This document shows, one piece after another, positions 46,223 to 56,845 of a DNA stretch of 64,000 nucleotides (position 1 is its first letter; the number at the start of each line of letters is the position of its first letter). Below the pieces are notes generated by a model. The model did not search any database and was not told where the DNA came from. It saw nothing but the letters and a program-made list of their open reading frames with translations. Position numbers and translations under genes: made by a program. The DNA is from Patescibacteria group bacterium (lineage in GTDB: Bacteria; Patescibacteriota; Patescibacteriia; UM-FILTER-42-10), in the NCBI GenBank assembly GCA_041664365.1, contig JBAYKW010000001.1, forward strand, positions 244,465-308,464, read 5' to 3'.

Positions 46223-46251
46223 ATTATACCCCAAAACGGGGTTTTAGTAAA
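46223..46251 (-). promoter_or_regulatory. internal leaderless promoter for murG and downstream genes
   Basis: TTTACT-17bp-TATAAT, then 6 nt to ATG. Confidence 0.65.
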
Positions 46252-46268
46252 GAAATATCGCGTTGGTT

Positions 46269-47405
46269 TTATCTGTGAGACCGCGTTGTTTGTCTGCTAG
46301 TTTGTGTAGAATATTTGGATATATTTATTAAAATTCCAATTGCAGCCATCGAAATAACAATGGCGGAACTTCCGTAACTGACAAAAGGCAGTGGAATACC
46401 GGTCAGTGGCAACAGTGATACCATCGCGCCGATATTGATCACGGCCTGAATAGTAAACCAGCATGTTATCCCTGCGGCAAGTAGTTTACCAAACTGGTCG
46501 GGTGCATTTCTGGCTATCTTAAAACCACGGATCATTAAAATAGCAAATAATGCAATCAGTAAAACTGAAATGATTAAACCCAGTTCTTCCGCAATTATTG
46601 CAAAAATTGAATCGGTTGTTGCTTCTGGAAGATAATTATATTTTTGTCTTGACCTACCTAATCCCAGACCCAATAGACCGCCGGAGCCGATCGCGAGTAA
46701 CGCCTGGTTGATATGATATCCAATCCCCTGCGGATCCAGCTCCGGATTAAGAAATACCGATAATCTGGCCGCTCGATACGGAGCTATTTTTATCAGAATT
46801 GCAAAAAGTGAAATACCACCGGTGACAATCAGCAAAATGTTTTTAATGCTACCCCCGGCAATAAAGAATACCGCAACGGATACCAGTGCTATCACAGTCA
46901 TCGTCCCCAAATCCGGCTGCATCATGATTAATATTGTAATAATTCCTAATAACACAAGAAATGGAACGAATCCATAGGCAAAATCATTCATCAATTTGCC
47001 TTTTTTCGAGAACCAGGTAGCCAAATATATTATAAATGTCAGTTTAGCCAATTCTGACGGCTGGAAGGAAAAAAATCCAAGGTTGATCCAACGGGTCGCG
47101 CCTCCGCTGGAGATGCCGGCACCTGATGCCAGAACCAGAAACAGCGCCAATATTGTTATTGCTAACATCGGTATAGCAAATTTCTGCCATTTTAAATAAT
47201 GGATTTTAGATGCTATAAACATAAACAAAAGCCCCAGCAATACACCGTTAAACAGCTGGTGTTTCCATAGATAGTTACTGTCCTGATAGTTCTGATATGC
47301 AATAACGGAGCTTGCTGAGGAAAGCATAATCAAACCAAAAAAAATGATAATAAATACAATCGCAATTAATACGTAATCCGTTTGACTATGCTGTTCTAAT
47401 TTCAT
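46269..47405 (-). CDS. ftsW: SEDS peptidoglycan polymerase FtsW
   Basis: GATRWI, FQPSELAK, QPDLGT, YLPEATTD.IFA..AEELG, TGIPLPFVSYG. Confidence 0.93.
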   Translation of the reverse strand: MKLEQHSQTDYVLIAIVFIIIFFGLIMLSSASSVIAYQNYQDSNYLWKHQLFNGVLLGLLFMFIASKIHYLKWQKFAIPMLAITILALFLVLASGAGISSGGATRWINLGFFSFQPSELAKLTFIIYLATWFSKKGKLMNDFAYGFVPFLVLLGIITILIMMQPDLGTMTVIALVSVAVFFIAGGSIKNILLIVTGGISLFAILIKIAPYRAARLSVFLNPELDPQGIGYHINQALLAIGSGGLLGLGLGRSRQKYNYLPEATTDSIFAIIAEELGLIISVLLIALFAILMIRGFKIARNAPDQFGKLLAAGITCWFTIQAVINIGAMVSLLPLTGIPLPFVSYGSSAIVISMAAIGILINISKYSTQTSRQTTRSHR

Positions 47406-48781
47406 TTTAATCCTTTTACAATAATTCTGAATTTTTCACCTCGGTCAAATTCATTCTTAAACATATTAAAACTCGCGGCGCCTGGTGAAAATAAGATTGT
47501 TGCATCATTTAAATCATATTTATAAGCGATATCTACAGCCCGTTTTAAGCTTTCTGATTCAATAAATTTAACTTTTTTCTTAATCAATAAAGGCTTCAGC
47601 TTTTCGGTTGCGCTACCTGGTAGTAGCGATAAAAACGTTACACGCTTTTTTATTTCAATTGCCATTTGATTATAGTTCAGCTGTTTATCAACACCTCCCG
47701 CAATCAGAATCAAATTCCCATTAAATGATTTTATTGCTGCGACAGTTGCATCGGGAATTGTTGCCGCTGAATCATTACAAAATTCTTTTCCTTTTAATTT
47801 CCTTAAAAACTCCAATCTGTCCTGAACGCCTTTAAAATTTTCAGCACCCAGTTTAATGAATTTATCCGGGATTCCGATTATTTTTAACGTGGCTACTGCT
47901 GCCAATATATTTTCCAGGTTATGGTCACCTTTAACTCTCAATAAATCAAGTGGCATTATTGCTCTTTCAGTTCCCATATTTCTAAAGACAATCTTTCCAT
48001 TTTTTACAAAAATTCCATTTTCCTCAGTAAAATATTTTTTCGAAAACCAGTACCTTTTTGACACAACTGACTCACCAAATTTTCTGGTATAACTGTTTTC
48101 TTTATTCAATATTACGAAATCATTATTTTTTTGATATTTAAATATATTACTTTTTGCTTCTGCATATTCTTTCATGCCGTGATAAGTATTCAAATGATCC
48201 TGCTTAACATTTGTTACAACAGCGACATGCGGACTAATCCTATGATCTTTTAATATTTCTAAACGCCAGCTAGATAATTCAAAAATAACAATCGAATCTT
48301 TCTTAATCAAACTCAAACGGTCAAGAACGGAAGTCTGATTATGACCAACTATGACAAAATGCCTGCCGGATTTTTTTAGAACACTTTCAACAATAGAAAC
48401 AGTCGTTGTCTTTCCTTTTGTGCCGGTAACCCCGATGATCGGCACACGGCATAACTGAAAAAACAAAGATGCATCGCTTTCAACCGGAATTTTGTTTTTT
48501 CTAGCAATTTTCAGATATTTTGATCCGCTCGGAACCGCCGGATTTTTTATCACAAGATCCACATTTTTGAAATCCTGCTCGCGATGTTTCCCTAACACAT
48601 AATTAATATTTTTTGATCCCAGTTTCTTTATAACCAGAAATAATTCTTTTTTTGTCCTTAAATCTGTCACGGTCAGTTTTGCACCGGTTTTTAACAAATA
48701 CTTAACAACCCCGGCACCCCCTCCAAGCGTACCGAGACCCATGATTGTAATTCTTTTACCTTTAAAATCTGTCGGTTTCAT
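47402..48781 (-). CDS. murD: UDP-MurNAc-L-Ala--D-Glu ligase
   Basis: GLG..G, GVTGTKGKTTT, ELSSW.LE, DHL, RLE, NDS.AT, IAGG.DK, FSPG.ASF..F.N...RG. Confidence 0.94.
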   Translation of the reverse strand: MKPTDFKGKRITIMGLGTLGGGAGVVKYLLKTGAKLTVTDLRTKKELFLVIKKLGSKNINYVLGKHREQDFKNVDLVIKNPAVPSGSKYLKIARKNKIPVESDASLFFQLCRVPIIGVTGTKGKTTTVSIVESVLKKSGRHFVIVGHNQTSVLDRLSLIKKDSIVIFELSSWRLEILKDHRISPHVAVVTNVKQDHLNTYHGMKEYAEAKSNIFKYQKNNDFVILNKENSYTRKFGESVVSKRYWFSKKYFTEENGIFVKNGKIVFRNMGTERAIMPLDLLRVKGDHNLENILAAVATLKIIGIPDKFIKLGAENFKGVQDRLEFLRKLKGKEFCNDSAATIPDATVAAIKSFNGNLILIAGGVDKQLNYNQMAIEIKKRVTFLSLLPGSATEKLKPLLIKKKVKFIESESLKRAVDIAYKYDLNDATILFSPGAASFNMFKNEFDRGEKFRIIVKGLK

Positions 48782-48806
48782 ATCAATAGCAGTATATCAT
48801 TTCAGA

Positions 48807-49562
48807 TTAAATCATTCCAATTATTGCCGCCTGGGCGATATATTTTTCTTTGTCTCTTCGATATGAGGAAAAAAACCTGTCATCGCAATAAGTGCAATAC
48901 GGGGAGATTTCAATATTATTCTCATTTATCCCGGCTTGAATCAGCTGTTTCTTAATTGTGAGCGGTAAATTAACCGCGTTATTTCCGTTTTTAGACTGCA
49001 AAACATCAGGTCCGAGCGAATTTAAGAATTGATCCGCTAAATCTTTACTGACATTAAAATGACATTGGTGAATACCAGGTCCGATATAAACAACCATCTT
49101 TTCAGTTTCACTTTGTGCCTTATTTTTCATAGTATCAATTGCATTTGTAACTATATTATTGATAACACCCCTCCATCCGGCATGTAGCAGTGCAATACAT
49201 TTTGACGTCGGATCAAAAATAAATACAGGAAAACAATCTGCGATTGTCACCATCAAAAAAAGTCCCCTTTCAACTGTTGCCAGACCGTCAAAATTCTGAA
49301 TTAGAGAATTACTTTCAGTGTTATCAATATTTTTATTCGCATTAGTTGTCCATAAAATTTCTCTGCCGTGGACTAATCCTGCGTTTACAACATTTTTTGA
49401 ATTTATATTTAAACTATCAAAAAAACGCTTCCTATTTAGAAACGTTTCATTTTTTGAGACAATAGGATGTTGCAAGGATTGATTGCCGAAATCTTTTGTT
49501 GATACAGCCAGTCTAATTTCTGAAATTTTACTGAATTTCTCTGATGTAATTATTTCCAACAT
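48807..49562 (-). CDS. pgeF: PgeF/YfiH (laccase-domain) peptidoglycan editing factor
   Basis: VHG, ADCFPV, HAGWRG, IGPGI...C.F.V, CT.C...FFSSYRR. Confidence 0.9.
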   Translation of the reverse strand: MLEIITSEKFSKISEIRLAVSTKDFGNQSLQHPIVSKNETFLNRKRFFDSLNINSKNVVNAGLVHGREILWTTNANKNIDNTESNSLIQNFDGLATVERGLFLMVTIADCFPVFIFDPTSKCIALLHAGWRGVINNIVTNAIDTMKNKAQSETEKMVVYIGPGIHQCHFNVSKDLADQFLNSLGPDVLQSKNGNNAVNLPLTIKKQLIQAGINENNIEISPYCTYCDDRFFSSYRRDKEKYIAQAAIIGMI

Positions 49563-49565
49563 ATA

Positions 49566-50621
49566 TTATGAATGATCAACAAGCACCAGTATTAACCCCA
49601 GGACAGATGTGACACCGGAAATAATCCAAAATCGCATTACAATTTTTGGCTCCGGCCAACCAATCGCTTCCAGATGATGATGAATTGGGGCAGAAATAAA
49701 AACCTTTTTTCCTTTACGTAATTTCTTGGATGTTAACTGGATGATTACTGATACTGATTCCAATACTAACACTGAGCCGATTATTGGCAATACAATGACT
49801 GAATTTGTCAGCATAGCAACGATGCCCAACGTTGTCCCCAGTGCCATAGACCCGGTGTCGCCCATAATGAACCGGGCCGGCGGAATATTAAACCACAAAA
49901 ATGCTAAAAGACATCCGACAATTACAACACAGAACGTAGCAAGGTTGAACCGACCCTGGATAAATGCAATGACCGCAAACGAAGCAAAAGCTGATAACAA
50001 AGCCCCGCCGGCCAGTCCGTCCAATCCGTCTGTTTCATTGACCGAAAAGGACGTCGCAACAATCACAAAAATTGCAAACGGTATGTACCAAAGCCCGATT
50101 TCAAAATTTCCCATGAAAGGAATATGAATTACATCCCAATCCAGTTTTGCGTAAAACCAATATGATACAAATATTGCGATTGCCGTATACAATAATAACT
50201 TATGCTTAACTGTGAATCCTCCGCCATGCGGTCCAATTTTACGAATATTAAAAACATCGTCAAACAAACCAATAATCGCTGATGCAACTAGTGCTCCTAA
50301 AGGCAGCAGGGTTTCCGGCCGAGTAAGAAAGTTCAGCTTTTCAATAAACGGCACATTGGTAATTTTTCCCAAGTAAAAGAAAAAAAGTGCCAGTATCAAT
50401 GTGGTAAACCAGATTAAAATACCACCCATTGTGGGCGTACCCGATTTTTTCGCATGCAGTTTTGAATAGATTGGAGCGCTTTCGCTGGATCTTATCTGTT
50501 TCCCCAGTTTATATTTATATAAAAAATGCGTCAAAATTGGTGTTAACGCTATTGTCATAATAAAAGCGATCGTCCCCAGAAGAAGTATCTTGATAATATC
50601 GAAATTTGCAGAGAAATCCAT
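49566..50621 (-). CDS. mraY: phospho-N-acetylmuramoyl-pentapeptide transferase
   Basis: K.GTPTMGG, G.FDD, VNETDGLDGL, MGDTGS, APIHHH.E; start MDFS at 50621. Confidence 0.96.
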   Translation of the reverse strand: MDFSANFDIIKILLLGTIAFIMTIALTPILTHFLYKYKLGKQIRSSESAPIYSKLHAKKSGTPTMGGILIWFTTLILALFFFYLGKITNVPFIEKLNFLTRPETLLPLGALVASAIIGLFDDVFNIRKIGPHGGGFTVKHKLLLYTAIAIFVSYWFYAKLDWDVIHIPFMGNFEIGLWYIPFAIFVIVATSFSVNETDGLDGLAGGALLSAFASFAVIAFIQGRFNLATFCVVIVGCLLAFLWFNIPPARFIMGDTGSMALGTTLGIVAMLTNSVIVLPIIGSVLVLESVSVIIQLTSKKLRKGKKVFISAPIHHHLEAIGWPEPKIVMRFWIISGVTSVLGLILVLVDHS

Positions 50622-50625
50622 ATGA

Positions 50626-50997
50626 TTATCTATTAATAAATGCAAGCAGTACTGACGCTAGTGTTAAAAATATATTTACCGGTACAGCAAATAATACCAC
50701 TAATTTGCTCAAAACCCTATTTGATGGATAAAGTATAACACCTGCCAAATAGTTTACCAAAATGATCAGCAATCCGCTGAGCGGAATAATATATATTTCA
50801 TACCAGTCTCCAATTAGATCGATACCGAAGTAAATGTTATAATGAAGATATATTGGATCAAGGGAAGGCTTGATGTACAGGTATAAAACTACCCACGCAC
50901 CAAGATTTATAATCATTGCAACCAACAACCCGATTCCAATAGTCCTATTGTGAAACGGATCTTTAAGTTTTTTTAATAGTCCATCCCGATTATTCAT
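50626..50997 (-). CDS. small membrane protein (DUF1648-like)
   Basis: 3 TM with I.LHYNIYFGID..G.W. Confidence 0.75.
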   Translation of the reverse strand: MNNRDGLLKKLKDPFHNRTIGIGLLVAMIINLGAWVVLYLYIKPSLDPIYLHYNIYFGIDLIGDWYEIYIIPLSGLLIILVNYLAGVILYPSNRVLSKLVVLFAVPVNIFLTLASVLLAFINR

Positions 50998-51040
50998 ATT
51001 AAACCAGTTTTAATTTCATTCAATATATTTGTATTCAACT

Positions 51041-52903
51041 ATGAAGGCGACTTCATTTAATTCAAACAGGGTTTACCTGCCGCTTGTTGTACTATTGCTT
51101 GCTGTAATGTTTTTTATGGAATTCACTTCGGCACTTAAGGAGAGTCAGACGATAGATGAAGGTTCGCACTTAGCCAGCGGATATAGCTATATTACGACCG
51201 GTAATTTCAAATTAAATCCAGAACATCCTCCGCTGATAAAGGAAATCAGCGCGATTCCTTTATTATTCCTTCCTATTGAGGCACCGCTTAACCATCCATC
51301 CTGGGAGGAACAGAACCAATGGGAATTCGGACGGCAATTTCTTTATAATAATACAGCAGATGCGGATTTAATTCTACTCCTGGGCAGAATTCCGACAATG
51401 TTGCTTAGTTTACTGCTTGGTGTATTAATCTACAAATGGGCCACACGCATTTGGGGAAGAAATACTGGATTAATCGCATTAATTCTTTATGTTTTTGAAC
51501 CGAATATTTTAGCCCATTCCAGATATGTAACCACTGACCTTGGAGCAACATTGCTTTTCTTTCTAACAATATACTGCCTCGATAGATATTTCATAAGTTT
51601 TTCGCGAAAAAGCTTGTTTTTATTTGTTTTTGTATTTGCCGTAGCCCAATTTGTAAAATTTTCCGCCATTATTCTGTATATATTTTTTATAATATTTACG
51701 ATCCTGAAAACTATCCATAAAAAAACATCTCAGTTTACATTTTCACATTTTAGTAAAATAATACTCTTATTACTATTAATGACGTTTATTCTAGGTTCTT
51801 TTGTATATGGTTTTTCCCGAACAATTCCGTTTACCGATCCGGACGTTCAGTATTTTTATAATAATAAAATATCCGCGGAGGAATTAGCAGAGTTACAGAA
51901 TAATGATCCATTAATAGCAAAACTTCGATCACTTGCGGATCCTTCCACAAAAACCGGCAGTATGCTATATCGTATTGCAGAAAATACAGCAGTTCCCGGT
52001 TATTATTATATTAAAGGGTTATTTACGCTTTTTTCGCACAATTACTGGGGACATATGTCGTATTTGAACGGCAATTTTTCCAATGTCGGATTCTGGAATT
52101 ATTTTCCTGTCACCTTTTTGATCAAAACACCTCTTGCTATGATTATCATTCTTTCACTCGGAATATATTTATTTTTTTTCCGTCATTACAAAAAAAATAC
52201 TATTTCTAAAATTAAAAATGACTTAATAAATTTAATTCCTTCAAAGAATATCAAACATAAACTTCATTTCAGGGAACTTCTAGCAAATATTGCAAAATTT
52301 TACAGAAACATACCATTTACATACTGGCTATTAATTCTTACACCAATATTGTATTTTCTATGGTCCATGACCAGTAAAATAAATATCGGACATCGCCACG
52401 TTTTAATAATTTACCCATTCTTAATTCTGCTATCAGCCAGAGTAATCACATATTTATTTCAAAATAGAAATCGTTACATAAAAATTTTATCATTCATTCT
52501 TCTTTCATGGTATATAGTATCAACCATACTGATCTACCCAAATTTTCTTGCCTATTTTAACGAGTCGATCGGAGGACCTAAAAACGGATCAAAATATGTC
52601 ACCGATTCAAATATTGATTGGGGGCAGGATGTTATCAAGCTTAAGAGGTATCTTGATGCAAATAATATTAATGAATACTATTTTACTTACTTCGGATCGC
52701 TGTGGACATCTTACTACGGAATACCTTTCCAGCCAGTTCCTAGACTTACAAATCAGGAAGAACTGGATAAACTCGATCGAATTGTTGCAATTAGCATATC
52801 TGCCCTTTATTCAAATGACGGAACATACAAAGCACTTCGGAGTATTGAACCTGATGATAGAATCGGATATTCAATAAATATTTACGATTTCAGAAAAAAG
52901 TAA
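51041..52903 (+). CDS. GT39/ArnT-like (PMT family) membrane glycosyltransferase
   Basis: T.DE..H, EHPPL.K, EPNILAH....TD, KFS, IG.RH, DSNIDWGQD. Confidence 0.85.
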   Translation: MKATSFNSNRVYLPLVVLLLAVMFFMEFTSALKESQTIDEGSHLASGYSYITTGNFKLNPEHPPLIKEISAIPLLFLPIEAPLNHPSWEEQNQWEFGRQFLYNNTADADLILLLGRIPTMLLSLLLGVLIYKWATRIWGRNTGLIALILYVFEPNILAHSRYVTTDLGATLLFFLTIYCLDRYFISFSRKSLFLFVFVFAVAQFVKFSAIILYIFFIIFTILKTIHKKTSQFTFSHFSKIILLLLLMTFILGSFVYGFSRTIPFTDPDVQYFYNNKISAEELAELQNNDPLIAKLRSLADPSTKTGSMLYRIAENTAVPGYYYIKGLFTLFSHNYWGHMSYLNGNFSNVGFWNYFPVTFLIKTPLAMIIILSLGIYLFFFRHYKKNTISKIKNDLINLIPSKNIKHKLHFRELLANIAKFYRNIPFTYWLLILTPILYFLWSMTSKINIGHRHVLIIYPFLILLSARVITYLFQNRNRYIKILSFILLSWYIVSTILIYPNFLAYFNESIGGPKNGSKYVTDSNIDWGQDVIKLKRYLDANNINEYYFTYFGSLWTSYYGIPFQPVPRLTNQEELDKLDRIVAISISALYSNDGTYKALRSIEPDDRIGYSINIYDFRKK

Positions 52904-52916
52904 TAATCCTGTTTGA

Positions 52917-52945
52917 TTGACTTTACGGCATTTCTGTGATATAAT
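52917..52945 (+). promoter_or_regulatory. sigma70 promoter of the pil operon
   Basis: TTGACT-17bp-TATAAT with extended TG. Confidence 0.7.
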
Positions 52946-52974
52946 TTTATCGAGTTTTATTCTAAAAGCAGGAT

Positions 52975-54708
52975 ATGCTACTGGAAAAACAAATACAAGA
53001 ATTATTAGTCAACAATAAAGTACTTTCTAGCAAAGAAGTCTTAGCTTCGCTTGATGAGGCAAAAAAGCAAAATCGAGAATGGACAGACCACCTTTATAAG
53101 GAGAAAATCGTCAGTGAAGCGTCTTTATATGAGCTTTACGCAAAATCCCTAAAAGTTCCCTTTATTAATCTTGAAACTCTGACAATCCGCAAAGATATTC
53201 TCAACCTTTTGCCTGAATCTATTGCCCAGACACACAATATAATAGCATTTGATCAGACAGATGATCAGATTAAAATTGCTTCTCTTGATCCTATGGATTT
53301 GGAGATTTTTGATTTTATAAAGAAAAAAACCGGGAAAAATCCGGTCGTATATGTTGCAACACCACAAATGATTTCAGAGGCTTTAAAATCATATCATAAA
53401 GGCCTGAAAGCAACTGTTGATGCTATGACGAAAGAAAAAGATGAAACGACTGATGAATCTACCAAAGGTTCACTGAAAGAGTTGGCAAAAGATCTTCCCG
53501 TAATTAGAATCGTAGATACTATCCTCGAATATGCAATATTTGAGGACGCATCTGACATCCATATAGAACCGGCGGAAAAAGAAGTAATTGTCAGGTATCG
53601 CATTGACGGCGTACTACGGGATGCAATGACACTTCCTAAACAAATCCATTCAGGGATTGTTGCGCGCATTAAGATTTTATCGGACCTCAAACTTGATGAA
53701 CATCGTATGCCACAAGACGGCCGATTTAAAATTACAGCCAAAGAATATAAAGTGTCTTTCCGTGTTTCAATTATTCCGATATTTGACGGTGAAAAAATAG
53801 TACTGCGTCTTTTAGATCAATCTTCACAGATATTAACACTGGAACAGCTTGGTTTTCAGCCAAATCCATTAAAAATTATTAAACGGGCAATTACGAAACC
53901 GCACGGGATGATCTTAGTTACCGGGCCGACCGGTTCCGGAAAAACCACAACCCTGTATACAGTCCTGAATATTCTGAATAGTCCAAAAGTTAATATTTCA
54001 ACCATTGAAGATCCGATAGAATACCGGATGCCGAGAATAAACCAAACACAGGTTAATCCGCGAATTGGATTGACTTTTGCTCAAGGATTAAGAGCACTCC
54101 TCAGGCAAGATCCAAACATCATTATGGTAGGAGAAATTCGAGATCAAGAGACTGCTGAAATCGCAGTTAACTCAGCAATGACCGGCCATTTAGTATTATC
54201 AACTTTACATACAAATGACGCAGTAGGCGCACTGCCCAGAATCCAGGAAATGGGTATTCCGCCGTTTCTGGTAGCGTCCACAACAAATGTCATTGTCGCA
54301 CAACGTTTAGTGAGGAAAGTATGTATTCATTGCATTGAAAGTTACGAATTAACCAAAAAAAATATAACGCAGCTCGAATCACAACTCAACTTCAAGGATA
54401 TTCTGAAAGCCCTGGAGCGGGAGCAGGTCATTGAAAGCGCCGATGCATCATTAGAGTCACTTCTCTTCTATCGGGGTCACGGATGTAAGGAATGTAATCA
54501 CGAGGGTTATAAGGGAAGAATCGGCATATACGAAATTCTGGAAATAAACAAAAAAATGGCTGATTTGATTGTTAACCAGGCGAGTCCTGAACAATTATAT
54601 GATGAAGCAAATAAACAGGGGTTTATAAGCTTGGTTCAGGACGGTTTTATCAAAGCAAAAAGCGGAATCACGACAATCGAGGAAGTGCTCCGTGTAACAA
54701 AGGACTAA
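52975..54708 (+). CDS. pilB: type IV pilus assembly ATPase PilB/GspE
   Basis: ASDIHIEP, PQDGR, GPTGSGKTTTLY, EDPIEY, LRQDP..IMVGEIRD, TGHLV.STLH, two CxxC. Confidence 0.95.
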   Translation: MLLEKQIQELLVNNKVLSSKEVLASLDEAKKQNREWTDHLYKEKIVSEASLYELYAKSLKVPFINLETLTIRKDILNLLPESIAQTHNIIAFDQTDDQIKIASLDPMDLEIFDFIKKKTGKNPVVYVATPQMISEALKSYHKGLKATVDAMTKEKDETTDESTKGSLKELAKDLPVIRIVDTILEYAIFEDASDIHIEPAEKEVIVRYRIDGVLRDAMTLPKQIHSGIVARIKILSDLKLDEHRMPQDGRFKITAKEYKVSFRVSIIPIFDGEKIVLRLLDQSSQILTLEQLGFQPNPLKIIKRAITKPHGMILVTGPTGSGKTTTLYTVLNILNSPKVNISTIEDPIEYRMPRINQTQVNPRIGLTFAQGLRALLRQDPNIIMVGEIRDQETAEIAVNSAMTGHLVLSTLHTNDAVGALPRIQEMGIPPFLVASTTNVIVAQRLVRKVCIHCIESYELTKKNITQLESQLNFKDILKALEREQVIESADASLESLLFYRGHGCKECNHEGYKGRIGIYEILEINKKMADLIVNQASPEQLYDEANKQGFISLVQDGFIKAKSGITTIEEVLRVTKD

Positions 54709-54709
54709 A

Positions 54710-55804
54710 ATGACCACGCCAAAAGAAAAACCAAAGGAAGCAAAGCTCAGTTTTTTCAAGTCCCACAAAAGAATTACTCTAGTTCAAAAACTTTTTTTCG
54801 TACAACAGCTAGAGATAATGGTAAGGACCGGTTTTTCGCTTGCAAAAGCGCTGGAAACAATCAGTCTGCAGGTAGAACATGAGGGATTCAAAAAAACTAT
54901 ATTGCAAATGCGCGAAGACGTTGAAAAAGGCACAACCCTTTCCAAAGCCTCGGCAAAATACCCAAAGATATTTTCCGAAACCTTTGTCAGCATGCTGGAA
55001 GCCGGGGAAGCAAGCGGAAAGCTGGACGAGGTACTCCGCCGTTTAACGATTCAGCTTAAGAAAAGTCATGAGTTAAGATCAAAGGTAAAAAACGCACTTA
55101 CCTACCCTATTATTGTCACAATTGCCATGATCGTAATCGGCATTGCCATGATGATTTTCGTGCTGCCAAATATTACTTCATTATATTCTGACGCTGAGGC
55201 GAATCTGCCACTCCCGACCAAAGTATTGATCGGTCTTAGTGATTTTATGGCTGCTTATGCGATTTATGTTATATTAGGCACAGCGCTGCTTATATTCCTG
55301 ATAATGCGCTATATTAAATCACCATCCGGTAAAAAATTGTTCCACACTTTGCTGTTAAAAATTCCGATTGCATCTCCAATCATTAAAAAGATTAACCTGG
55401 CAAATTTTACCCGGAGTTTAAGCTCACTACTTAAAACCGATATACCGATTGTTGAAACATTTTTAATAATCGCCCGATCATCAAAAAATGTAATATATAA
55501 AGAATACTTGAATCAGGCAGCCGAAGAATTGAAAAAAGGTGTGTCAGTTTGCCAGACACTGGAAAAAAATCCTGACTTGTTCCCTCCTCTTATTACTCAA
55601 ATCATCAATATTGGTGAAGAGTCAGGCACGCTCGACGCGACAACCGAAGATATGGCAATATTTTATGAGGAAGAAGTTGCCAATACCATGGACAATCTGG
55701 CGGCGGTTATCGAACCTGTTTTGATGCTCGTAATCGGAGTTGCTGTCGGTGGCGTCGCTTTAGCGGTTATCATGCCTATTTATTCATTAGTCGGACAAAT
55801 ATAA
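54710..55804 (+). CDS. pilC: type IV pilus platform protein PilC/GspF
   Basis: AGE.SGKLD, ALTYP, IGEESG.LD, IEP. Confidence 0.93.
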   Translation: MTTPKEKPKEAKLSFFKSHKRITLVQKLFFVQQLEIMVRTGFSLAKALETISLQVEHEGFKKTILQMREDVEKGTTLSKASAKYPKIFSETFVSMLEAGEASGKLDEVLRRLTIQLKKSHELRSKVKNALTYPIIVTIAMIVIGIAMMIFVLPNITSLYSDAEANLPLPTKVLIGLSDFMAAYAIYVILGTALLIFLIMRYIKSPSGKKLFHTLLLKIPIASPIIKKINLANFTRSLSSLLKTDIPIVETFLIIARSSKNVIYKEYLNQAAEELKKGVSVCQTLEKNPDLFPPLITQIINIGEESGTLDATTEDMAIFYEEEVANTMDNLAAVIEPVLMLVIGVAVGGVALAVIMPIYSLVGQI

Positions 55805-55807
55805 TAA

Positions 55808-56845
55808 ATGTTTGGATTAGATATCAGCGACAGGACATTAAGACTGGTTTCCTTAAAGAAAAAAAGGAAAAAAATTATCATTGAATCAGCAAGTGAGATT
55901 TCAGTTACTCCGGGAATCATTAATGAAGGGGAAATTTCTAAACCGGAACTTTTATTCCCGTTAATTTCCTCACTGATTCATAATGCAAAACCAAAACACC
56001 CAAACTCAAAAAAAGTTGCTGCCTGTGTTCCGGAAAGAAAAAGTTTTATCAAAGTATTACACCTACCAAATGATACAAAATTAACAGACGAAATTGTACA
56101 ATCTGAACTGATAAACCATATTCCCGATGATCTTACCAGTATGTATATTGATTGGAAATCAATAAATAATGACACTGATTTTGAATCTGTGCTTGTTGGC
56201 GCTGTACCAAAGTCAATTGTCGATTCATATCAAGCAGTGATTGCAAAGGCGAAACTAATTCCCCACGTTCTGGAAATAGAATCTTCCGCAATTGTCCGGG
56301 CCATTACACCAGCCAAACCGACTAATCCGAATGAAGGAATATTGATAATCGACATCGGCCTGGACCGGACGAGTTTTATAATATTTGACCATCTGACAAT
56401 TCAATTTACATCAGCAGATACGGCTATTTCCGGAAATCTTATGACTAGCTTACTGATGAAAAACCTCTCTCTTTCATATGAAAAAGCCGAAAAAGCAAAA
56501 AGACTTTGTGGATTAAGTAAAACACTTGGAAAAGGAGCGGTTGCAGCTGTACTCAACGATCAATTTGAAACACTAGTTAGTAAAATAAAACAGATTATTT
56601 CATTCTACCAGGACCACTATACGGATAAGAGTCATATCTCAAGCATATTATTAACTGGCGGCGGTGCAAATCTTATTGATCTGGAAAATAAACTTATCAC
56701 AAAATTAAAAATAAAAATTCAGAAGGGTGATTCTCTACTGAATGTTACCCAAAATAATGTGGATTTTATAAATGCTAAAACGCAGACGTCCTATACAACG
56801 GCAATAGGGCTGGCGCTTAGAGGCCTGGAATATGATAAATCTTAA
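55808..56845 (+). CDS. pilM: type IV pilus assembly protein PilM
   Basis: FGLDIS, IIDIG, ILLTGGGA, TAIGLALRG. Confidence 0.9.
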   Translation: MFGLDISDRTLRLVSLKKKRKKIIIESASEISVTPGIINEGEISKPELLFPLISSLIHNAKPKHPNSKKVAACVPERKSFIKVLHLPNDTKLTDEIVQSELINHIPDDLTSMYIDWKSINNDTDFESVLVGAVPKSIVDSYQAVIAKAKLIPHVLEIESSAIVRAITPAKPTNPNEGILIIDIGLDRTSFIIFDHLTIQFTSADTAISGNLMTSLLMKNLSLSYEKAEKAKRLCGLSKTLGKGAVAAVLNDQFETLVSKIKQIISFYQDHYTDKSHISSILLTGGGANLIDLENKLITKLKIKIQKGDSLLNVTQNNVDFINAKTQTSYTTAIGLALRGLEYDKS

